DNA from: Pecten maximus
Lineage: Eukaryota
Assembly: GCF_902652985.1 (NCBI RefSeq)
Contig: NC_047025.1
Span: forward strand, 22,692,001-22,756,000
DNA: 64,000 nt
Direction of reading: 5' to 3'
In this document: piece after piece, positions 1-10,392 of the stretch
Layout: each line of letters begins with the position of its first letter
Position numbering within the stretch: position 1 is the stretch's first letter
Notes under the pieces: generated by a model
The model's database searches: none
What the model saw: only the letters and a program-made list of their open reading frames with translations
Told to the model about the DNA's origin: nothing
Position numbers and translations under genes: made by a program

Positions 1-1893
1 ACCAAACAAAAGCATTAAATTCTCCGATGCTCCCTCTAATTATACACGTAGTAGATCTGACTTCATTCAGAACTTACTTCATGACAGTTTACGACATGTT
101 TCTCTACAATTGCATGACGTCATGAAGTACTGCAGTACATACGATACAAAAACATTATGATAATGCTACAAAACAATGTTTTTTTTATAAACTGATTAAA
201 GCTAGTAAAAGACAAAGATGAAATTTGAAGAGAGCAATACGTCAAATTTTCACACAAAAAAAATCATGTTATTATCAAAGGTTAATATATCTAGTGGAAA
301 AAACTTATGTGATTAACGATGAACACATCACCGTGTAAACAAACACATTCTTCTGGCAAAATGGGGAAAGGAGGAAAACGAAAACGTCTTTATCTAGGAG
401 AAAACTGTGAATTTCACTTCATAGTGGGTAGATGATATATATCAACAAGGACGATATAATTTCCTCACCTCTCATAATGTCCGCAGATAGGACCATGTTC
501 ATAAGCCAATCAGCATTAACGTTAACTTCCAAAATTGTAAAAAGGGCAAAACTCGTAAAAATCAAAGTAATAATTGACTATTTGAACTTTGTGTCAAGAG
601 CTATATAAAATGTCTTTAAAATATTTTCAAATATAGAAAAGAAAATACGACAGGGAATTTATGTGTACTTGTTATAACTCTATGACAGCTCATTTCGTGA
701 TATAGAAAAATAATTGTTTAATTGGTATCAAATCTATATGTCATAATTTAATAAAAAAAGAATGCAACAAAGCGAACTATTTGCAATCGCAACTCAAAGG
801 CTGACGTATTTCATTCGTCACCAAAATATTCGTCTAAATGAGAAATATCTAATATACCAAGCAAATAATATGTCGAAGAAACAATTTAGAGCAAAACCGC
901 AAACAAATTAAAGAAACAATGTACAGCTTCAAATAATGATATTATCACATACATGTAATTTGGAAAGACAAATGAAGACCTGAATTTATTACAATTTTGT
1001 TTTTCCTATTTCTACAATCATTAACAGCAAGCCTTATTCTTATTTCATTCTAATAAAAACTACACAAAAACTCGTGACGCTGGGAAACTGGGGTCTAAAT
1101 TAGACGCCGAGACGCCTCGTGGGAGCGTGATCAATGTTCCCGCCTATCCATTAGGGCTGTGTCTAAATCTTCCACGACAATCATTGAGAAATAAAACGGT
1201 TAATAAGTGTTCTCTGAGGAACTCTGAGCCGGGCTTTACAAATCCCCACAAATAGATCACCCTATCGCGAGATTTGCCGAGACGTCACGTAATGGCAATT
1301 AACGAGGTCTGTGTAATTCATTTATTTTGCATCTGCATAAGATTTGGCACAAATGAACCCCAGGTCTGCAACACGACCATGACGTACGCGCCGCGCGCCT
1401 AGTACGGGACCAGTGAGAGTAGTATAACCTCGTATGAAACAACCAATTTAATTTCCTCATTTTCTAATTAGACAAATTCTTTCAGACGGCATAGGATCGG
1501 TTTTTTTTTCTAAATTTAAAATAGTACATCCACAAAAAACAAATATTCAACAAAGCGGAATTTTGCTCAGATCTGAAGTAACATGAATTGACTCCTGAAA
1601 TGGTATAGTTGCCGATACTGTTAAGTCTTCACCTAAATAATAATTAACTGTTTGTTAGAAACATGTTTATTGGTATTGCCAGCCGTTATTTGTTTTATTT
1701 ATATTGAATGTCTTCGTGTTAGGTTTTGCAAAGCATTTATATGAAAATTATTACAATAAATTATCCTTAAAATCAAAATCGTATTCGTCTAAAGAAATGT
1801 CTTCACGAGCATATCACGTATACTTCGCATTCATTCTGCATACTTTCCATCATTGTTATTCATTGTTTGATATAATTATGATCTATGGTCCCA

Positions 1894-2213
1894 TGTAGTT
1901 ATCATTTTGATCTAGATGTGTTTGTCATCTAGCTATAATTGCTATCTTGCTATATCTATCATTCGTTTAAATAGCGAGGACAATTAGTTTATATAAGTAA
2001 TCCCTCTTGTCTGGCCACTGTTGACTCCTTATTTTGGAGTGAGATAGTCGACACACATGATGCTAGCGCTCACATGTACGTGCTAGACATCGCAACATAC
2101 TTATCTGTAGTATTACATTAATAAATATCGCTATTCGTGTACTATAAGTATAATTAATTTCATTTTAGAATTGACAATCTTGCTGATAGCTTTAACCAGT
2201 TTCTGCTACTACA
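1894..2213 (+). mobile_element. possible solo LTR (about 320 bp)
   Basis: Begins TGTAGT and ends ACTACA (TG..CA inverted termini), with internal TATATAAG then AATAAA in the expected order. No clean target-site duplication (tccca vs taccc). Confidence 0.3.
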
Positions 2214-2261
2214 TACCCTGGCCATGTCGCAGATAGACTTCGATAGTCTTCGTTACATTAA

Positions 2262-2668
2262 ATTGACCCACCTGTACGATGTTCCCGTTTTAAACTCTAT
2301 GTTTTAAGCACTTGATAATCCCAGCCTTAATTATCCCACTTCCCCGATCTTGACCTGTCTATACACTGTCCCCGTGCATAACTCCATATACCATTATTAA
2401 TTGGCCCATCTGTACGGTTATCTTGTTTATCTTCCTACCTAGAAGATTAACTTAACCTACCTAGAAGATGAACTTGACCTACTTATAAGATGGCCTTGAC
2501 CTACCGGTTGAAGGTTAACGTGTCGAGCTCTTCTTTATTTTTACTTGACACATGTATGATACGATCTTGTCACACATGTACGATGTCCAAATAAAGTGTC
2601 ATCCGTTGTAATCGCTTGACCCACCTAAGAGATGACCCGGACCTACTTATACTATGACCTTTACCTAC
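2262..2668. repeat. decayed tandem repeats derived from the exon-4 3' end and donor
   Basis: 2269-2298 cacctgtacgatgttcccgttttaaactct vs the junction tacctgtacgatgtccccgtatcgaactct. Further partial copies and about 23-bp ttgacctacctagaagatg units. Confidence 0.65.
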
Positions 2669-2755
2669 CTGTACGATGTCCCCGTATCGAACTCTCTTGC
2701 CCATCTGACGTTTCTGTTCTGCAGCGTTATCCGCATTCTCGGCATCTGCTGCAAA
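2669..2755 (-). CDS. ITPR: ITPR-like gene, coding exon 4 (87 nt); gene continues left beyond the window
   Basis: cttttatgacag|TTT... ...GTACAG|gtaggt, phase 0/0. Encodes FAADAENADNAAEQKRQMGKRVRYGDIVQ, similar to ITPR1 [30 protein letters not shown]. Confidence 0.92.
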
Positions 2756-3262
2756 CTGTCATAAAAGATAACTAAATAAGAATGTGTCTATAATAAAACA
2801 AAAAAGGGTTGGCATAAACCATTGTGAATGAATATTCTCGTTGTGACACGTTGTTGTTGATTATTATCATTATTACTTTCCTGACTTATTACGTAATTAC
2901 ATCATCGGTTATGATCTAAATACAATAACATTTATATTTACACACATCAATGTTGGGCAAAACATTTATCAATATCACTACATGTTAAACAAACTTATTC
3001 TTTCTCAATACAGTTTTAATATCAAAATGCCCTGTACAGGACGTTGTTTTATTATAGCATGTAAAATTAACTCTTCTCGTATTTACATTAATAAAAGCTT
3101 TGTCAAATAAACAATATCAACCAAAAGATTTCAACATCTTATAACCATATAACTTACAATACAAACAATAAAAAAAGTTACCAGCCCGACAATAACTATC
3201 TACACAAATATAAATGTTAGTACAATGACTCCGTCACCAGCTGTAACAATGACATTACCCAC

Positions 3263-3387
3263 CTTGGCCTGGGCCAACAGTCCCTTGTCCTCCGTCAGGT
3301 CTGTTGTTGACGCCGCTTGGTTCACCCATTTCCGGTACTTTTTGTTTAATTTGTATCGGTTTTGGATTCCAATTTCGAAGACGACAG
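3263..3387 (-). CDS. ITPR: ITPR-like gene, coding exon 3 (125 nt)
   Basis: ttgattccag|CT... ...GCCAAG|gtgggt. Encodes VVFEIGIQNRYKLNKKYRKWVNQAASTTDLTEDKGLLAQAK, similar to ITPR1 [36 protein letters not shown]. Lies within track ORF 3200..3397(-). Confidence 0.9.
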
Positions 3388-3687
3388 CTGGAATCAATTT
3401 AACCTTATATCACAAACTCTTGTGTAATTAAAATATGAACATACCTATGAAAGTGCATGCATATACAATGGTTATTTACATCTTAAACGATTTGTATTTA
3501 TACTTTTATTGGTTGTGATTTAAAGGTAAAGTGTCCGATGTATGGGTCACTCAACAGGTAACCCAATCCAGCCCTTACGTTTTATCAGTAAAAAATGTGA
3601 AATATTATGACTAGTATAGAATTCCTGATTTCGTGTGAATCTAATCTATCAGAGTAGGAGAAGGAAAGGTTTTGTTCCTCATTTAAT

Positions 3688-4070
3688 ATAGACGTACCTT
3701 GTGGGTTAGGGACGTACCTTGGTGGTTAGGGACTTTGGTGGTTTTTGTTCCTCAATGAATATGTAGACTTACCTTTGGGGTTATGGACTTTGGAGTTTTT
3801 TTCTCATTAAATATATAGACGTACCTTGGGGTGAGAAATTTCATAGACGTACCTTGGGATGAGGGATATTATAGACGTACCTTGGGGTGAGAGATTTTAT
3901 ATACGTACCTTGGGGGTTGGGGATTTTATAGACGTACCTTGGGGCAAGAGATTTTATAGACGTACCTTGGGGGTTGGGGATTTTATAGACGTACCTTGGG
4001 GGTTAGGGAATTTATAGACGTACCTTGGGGGTTAGGGAATTAATAGACGTACCTTGGGGGTTAGGAATTT
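3688..4070. repeat. 28-29 bp minisatellite made of the exon-2 3' end plus donor site
   Basis: Unit tatagacgtaccttgggggttagggaatt. Twelve gacgtaccttg-type cores from 3691 to 4046; the last is the real donor. Confidence 0.92.
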
Positions 4071-4126
4071 TGGACGGCTTTTCTCGGTCCTGGTTGTGGT
4101 CTATGTATAACCCACTGTGGACGGAG
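4053..4126 (-). CDS. ITPR: ITPR-like gene, coding exon 2 (74 nt)
   Basis: gtcctttcag|C... ...CAAG|gtacgt. Phase 2 in and phase 1 out, compatible with both neighbours. Encodes SVHSGLYIDHNQDREKPSKIPNPQ(A), the position of ITPR1 LVDDRCVVQPE.GDLNNPPKKFRD. Confidence 0.85.
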
Positions 4127-7100
4127 CTGAAAGGACATCAATGATCTCAATACAGTTTAGTGATGACACATACATCTTATGTAATCAAGACAGACAAATA
4201 CGAGCAATGTAACAATATTTCACCCGTAAAGGGCATTCCAGGTACGACATCAGCCATTGCATCTCTAGACTCCGCTGTGATGTGACATGTCACAGCATTA
4301 ATGCAGATAGCTAAGCAGCAATGGTAACAAACTAGATGACGATTCAGCAACAGAACTCAAAATACAATATCCTTGATGCGGAAGGTGACATCGTCGAATC
4401 ACATATTCGAAAAAGATAACTCGAAACCTAGGAAAGTATTACACGCCATCAAATGCGACCGGAGCAATTCAAAAGACGGGACATTCCTGGTTCTGGTTAT
4501 TGCCTTTATGTAACCTAAGAGGAACCGGATTTGGAGGTAGGAAGCTGGAATAACACATACTTTCACAAAACATTGTGATGCTTCTATAGAAAGTGATGAA
4601 CCTGGGGCACGATTTACATAGCGACACGTCAATATATAGAAGGACGATATGCAATACTTCTTAGTTATTTTTTTTAAAATTGTTTTTGTGAATCTGTACT
4701 TGATGTTTGAATGAATGAAATGTTTACGATCAGGTAGACAATGCTGGTTTGGTTCGGTGAACGATAAAGAGAGCGGGATAAGTTGACTTCGTTTTGTCCT
4801 AAAGTCGCCTGAAACATATAACGTGACGGTACTTATATAGTATAATTTATGATCTATATCGATAAATAACAAACGCGCCATTCCTCTTTTCTCTCTTCCT
4901 CCTACTTTCCCATCGGCCACTTTTTTTTCCTGCTCCGATATTAAAAGTCGTTTTTCCCTCCGCTGCTTTTTTTTGGTTATTTTTCTCTGTCCCAATTTTC
5001 TTCCTCAAAGTGATAATGTAGACCGCGATATGTCCGTCCATGTGTAAACAGATTGGTGTTCAGTTCATTTGAGAAGTCATTGTTTTCAGAACCCACATAA
5101 ATACCCCTAATGAACATTGACGGTACAATTTCCCCGGGGATCACAGTTCGTGTGACGGGACTCCATCAAACTGGGTTTATTGTATAGGGAACACTTCTTA
5201 CGTAAGGAAGGGTCGGTCAATATATAGGCAAAATAATGCTATCATCATTCACAAGCTCAGCAACTCATAAACAGTCATATATTTCTCTAAATATTTAACA
5301 ATTATAGATGTCTTTGTTTTCCCACATGAGGCGCTCGTACGTTATATGCAATAAGATGATTCGATCGTAACCCTGCAAATGAAATTAGATAAACAGTCCC
5401 TTAATGATATTCCGGAGCCATATGTTACAGTCTACGCCCCGGGCAAATAACATATACCTGTTCCTAAAATGTGCAAAGTTCATGATGACCAGGTAGTTTT
5501 TAATACATGTATTTATTAAATACATAACCATTGTTTTCACGAATCTTTTCTGTGTTACTATTATCGTGTGTTTGTTGGCCTACGGTACCGAAGCTTCCAG
5601 ACGATAATACCTTTGTACTCTCGCTTGGTTCTGTGAAAATGAGATAGGTTATTATTTCAGTGTTAAAAACCGGAGACATTGATTTCACGATATTCGGAGG
5701 TACCGCAGATCCAGAGACATCGTTCTGTGAAATGTGTATTCACTCAATCATGGAAAAATAAGGAACAGTCACTCAAAGACAGGGTTTTCGGTTAGTGTTT
5801 TGCTAAAGGGAATATACCCAGATACATTAAGTAATCAAAAAAATAGGAGGAAACAAATACTATCATTGATTGAACTCTCATCTAAAGACGAATACAATAC
5901 TATACCAGCTCACATCCTTGTAACAAAGGACTCTTTCAAATTATACCATGTATTATTTTGATGTTGTATTTATTTATTTTTATATTTTGTTTCCTTATTT
6001 CAAAGTTCTGTTTGATGATCGGTGACGTTATATGCCTCCCCCCTCCCCCCTCCTCCCCCTCCGTGTTTATATGCTGTTTTCAGAAAATCGAGCTTTTCCC
6101 CATGGGCCACACGAGACACCGTCCGCCATTGATGTAAGTCCTCCGCGACACCTGTCGGTAATTGATGACATATTTACATAAGGTAATCGCAAAGCGTCTA
6201 CATTCATGCATCAAATCCATTCGTAGGTGATCTCCAAAACGACATTTTCGATTGAAATTGTCTCGAGAAAATGGCAAACGTACCGTACTGATACTGACGA
6301 TGCCTTGTAATGTTATATTTACATATATACCTCGATACGTCTACTAGCCGGCCTGTCTGGCCACTCTTGTCAGGGATAAACCTTGTTATACAGGACCAAG
6401 TTTAGACCTTCGGACGTATTGGCAACCAAAATGCAGCTCTACCCGAGGTCAACTTTATATTGTTTCATCTGACAACATTAACAGGGATGACAAATACAAA
6501 CAACTCCGGTCAGTATATTAAAAGTGAAAGTTTCCAGATGATATAATATTATCACTCTACGTTTTCACAAATTCTTCACTTACTGACAGAGCCCTACCTC
6601 CTATATGCCGCTAGGTTTAACGAAATGGCAATATCGAAGGTCATATGGAATACAGATTTCAAGGAGAACTAAAAGATGAAAATAAATTACTGAAGGAAGA
6701 GCAAAAAGGAACAAATGAGGATCGAAACATGTATTGCCAAGGTTGCGACAGATATATGACACAATGAATAAAAGACACAGATGAACACCCCAATTATCGG
6801 CCCACATGATTAACATGATAACAACAGGCCCGGTCCTTTGGTTCATCAAAGTTCTCTTAAAGAGATGTTGTCAGAGGAACATGTCTATCCTACTGATTGC
6901 CCGCTTCTACACGCATTGCTGATTGTATTAGATATTAACAGTATCTCACCAAGATTAGAAGATGTCGCTGGTATTTGAACATTAATTTCCTGCGCCAAAA
7001 AGAAAGTTTCGTAGCGTGATTTTATATGAGTTTACGTGAACCCCCAGTTACATGCTTTTTATATTGACAGATTAGCTACTGTGTGTGGAGGGTTCATTGT

Positions 7101-7360
7101 TTACATTAGAGACTGTCGATAAATCATCCTCTAAAACAGTCTGTTTACACTACTCAACGCGGTCTGTACCAGGATTCATATTGTCTAGCAGTTTCATTCA
7201 TTTTTGTCTTTTCTTTTTTTCTGTCATGGACATCTGCTACTGATGGCTGTTGCCCACGACGGTATCCTGTCACGTGTAACTCTCACTTCCGGTGGTGCCC
7301 TATCACATAAATACACACATATAACACTATGTAGGATGTTATAGACATGACGTCACTGAC

Positions 7361-7467
7361 CTTGACTGAACGCTGTAAACATATCCCTCCGTCTCCACCG
7401 AGTACAGCGCGACGTAGTCCCCCACATTGAGGTACTCGCCCGCAGCCGTGTTGCTCAACATCATCAT
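7361..7467 (-). CDS. ITPR: ITPR-like (IP3 receptor family) gene, first coding exon (exon spans 7492-7361 including 25 nt of 5' UTR)
   Basis: Acceptor tttctttacag at 7494-7493 and donor AAG|gtcagt at 7360. Translates MMMLSNTAAGEYLNVGDYVALYSVETEGYVYSVQS(S), matching the ITPR1 N-terminus [26 protein letters not shown]. An in-frame TGA upstream fixes the start. Ends in phase 2. Confidence 0.9.
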
Positions 7468-8986
7468 GACGTCACGGCTGCCTACACGTCATCTGTAAAG
7501 AAAACAATATTGAGCACGTGGTTTATTATTCATGATTTTTAACAAATGGTTGTTAGGTATATTAATCGTGTGATTACAAGATAGAAATATGTCGTATGAT
7601 TATTGAATTAGAAATATTAATCGGGGAGTTAGGTCGCATGATGTTAATGGTGAGATTACGAATACGAAATCTCACATTCGTATCATATCTCATCACTTAA
7701 ATCGTAATAATTGTAACACAAGGGATTCTGGGTTCTGGATTAATTTGATAGAAATTTACAACGTCAACAGGGAAACGTTTTAAACAAGTTTTCCTCACGT
7801 ACTTCAGCGATCTGGTACGTATTGTTCTAACTTGTGTGAAGGCTGACCAGACAGAAATTAAAAAAAAAATGGGACTCATTAGGTTTGAAAGCTGACAAAA
7901 AGATAAAAAGTACATGTATTCCTTCTTTAGCTTGACCGTATTGTTCTAGCTGGTGTGAAGACTGACCAGTACTCTTCTTGTTAGTACACAGGCTGACCAC
8001 GCGGGTCAGTATAAATCATACCAACGTGTTATGTCCACATTGTCTATTTAGGAATTAATTTTTTTCTCCTTCTCTGTTCACATGATTTATTGAAAAGAAA
8101 CGCCAGCAGGCAAAGTTTACTTGAAACACGCCGAAATCAATAGATTGAGCAAGAAAATGATAAATCTTGTGGAAGCGGCCGTGTTGCATTTGACAGACAG
8201 ACTTCACTATCTATTAACCCTGTGTACTCATTTTGTGGTTGGCCAAATCTATAACCCCTGTTTGGACTACCCCATAACAAGGCCTACTTCAAATGGCCGT
8301 CTGCGTTGTCCTGACCCCAAAACAAATCATGGGTCTACTTCAGACGGATGGCTGTGTCGTCCTAAGTAGTAGAAATAGTGATTTTTTTCACTGAGATATA
8401 CCTTTTAAAAGTATGATTGTACAAATATAGGTTACATGATAAAAGAGACTTCCAAACTCAGATCCGTACACTTCGAGTCCAAAGTAACGTCAGAGTGAGA
8501 AGCTAGATCTCAATTCCGTAGTATATGGGAGATCGATCGATCGAGGCTCACTTAGACACGTATCAAACATAGATCATAGGAAAATGAGGTGACAGTTACA
8601 CCCCCGAACAACTAAACAGTGATCCTACGGCATGAATACAAACGAAAACTGATTTACAACATCACCAAAATAAACGAGGAAGCTCAGACCAACACCAGCA
8701 TCTTATTCTATAGCAGGAAATGTGCCAAAAATATACTTGTCACGTAAGTTTGCAAAAGTTTGCAATGATATTGTGTATTATATCGGCACTCTTGGATACC
8801 ATTTTGTGTCCGGTATGTACCTGATAGTCTAGACCTTTTGGTAGGAGGAAGGAAAACAAAACACCCAAAACTTCAAACACCCACCTAAGAACTTTCTACC
8901 ATTATTATGGAATGCGAGATATGCGTTTGGTCCCAAACAATACAAACGAATATTGAAAGGGCGTAACAGATGTGCGATGTTCCTGA

Positions 8987-9270
8987 CAACACTGAATGAT
9001 GCTAGAAGGAGCGAAACAGTTTGATATCCCTAACAACACTGAATGATGCTAGAAGGAGCGAAACAGTTTGATATCCCTAACAACACTATCGAGTCATAGA
9101 AGGACGAAACTGCTGTGTGATGTCCCTAACAACACTGAATGATGCTAGAAGGAGCGAAACAGTTTGATATCCCTAACAACACTGTCGAGTCGAAGAAGGA
9201 CGAAACTGCTGTGTGATGTCCCTAACAACACTGAAGGATCCTAGAAGGACGAATCAGCTGTGTGATGCAG
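8987..9270 (+). repeat. 47/49-bp tandem repeat (6 units) of a degenerate type I hammerhead ribozyme motif
   Basis: Units start at 8987, 9034, 9081, 9130, 9177, 9226. Example caaca-ctgtcga-gtcgaagaaggac-gaaa-ctgctgtg-tgatg resembles CTGANGA-GTCC-loop-GGAC-GAAA-CAGCTGTH-stem I. Confidence 0.7.
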
Positions 9271-10109
9271 TTTTATATTCAGAGGTCGACATTAACTGTA
9301 TTATTTTTTAAGGCAATGTTTACTAGGCTTTTTTCTCTCTCTTTATTATTGTAACTAAACTACTTGATATCATATCCTCATGGACTGCTACAGCGGCGGT
9401 ACAAGGTGATGGAACAAAGCTTACATAGCTTCCAGCAAATACTTCAAAATTGCACGGAAGATCTATAATAAGAAATTAGGTATAGTCGTAAAAAACATGT
9501 ACTAAAATAACTGTAGTTTGTTTAATGGTTAGAACCAAACGTGGTGAGTCTTTTGTAAATATAGATAGCATACCTAGTTACTAGAGATACCCAATAGGGA
9601 GTATAAAATATGACTAGACACATGTACACAACAGATACTACATAGTTTACAAATGATGGGGTAACAAAGCGGAGGAATGATGAGATGTTGCTTGTAATAC
9701 TCTCATAACGACCGGAAAAGATTTTTTGTGGAGCGAATTATTCTAGTATCCAAGAGGATCACAAACAGACCAGTACAGGTCGATCATGTCGCACCATTTC
9801 CTTCAACATATCTTGGTGTAGTTAGACTTTTGCTACAAAATTAAGGTGAACAACTTGACAAACGCCTGGTAAACCAAATTGACAATTAAAACAATAGGCA
9901 TATAAATCCAAAAATAAAGAAACAATTACAGAAGAAGAACGGAAAGCTACATTACATTTCGAAGCGCAAATATCACTTCCTTATACTTGTATGAGGAAAG
10001 CGTTTGTACGGGCGAAAACAAATGTTAGAAGAGTTTATATCGATAAATTGAAACAATAAACTTTACAAATGATCCTATGACAGGAAGGTAAAAACACAGG
10101 TGTTTACTA

Positions 10110-10392
10110 ATTTGGTCTGTTAAATCTAATTGGTCTGTTAATTACATATATTCTGGAGACATAATGTATCTAATTGGTCTGTTAATTACATATATTTTGG
10201 AGAAATAATGTATATATTGGTCTGTTAATTACATATATTTTGGAGAAATAATGTATATATTGGTCTGTTAATTACATATATTTTGGAGAAATAATGTATA
10301 TATTGGTCTGTTAATTACATATATTTTGGAGAAATAATGTATATATTGGTCTGTTAATTACATACATTCTAGACATAATGTATCTAATTGGT
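10110..10392. repeat. 43-bp minisatellite, about 6 copies
   Basis: Unit attggtctgttaattacatatattttggagaaataatgtatat. Confidence 0.92.

Noticed and set aside
1-2260. Search for the next ITPR exon (L.H..S/T.KY motif), including a donor-like site near 457
   Set aside because: No segment with a matching translation and proper splice sites; the exon is presumably left of the window.
4399-4995. 198-aa minus-strand ORF
   Set aside because: Non-ATG start, low-complexity K/R start from a T-rich tract, no recognisable domain, and it lies inside an ITPR intron.
6620-6770. Short purine-rich plus-strand frame ending MYCQGCDRYMTQ*
   Set aside because: Under 50 codons and unassignable; probably a TE relic or chance.
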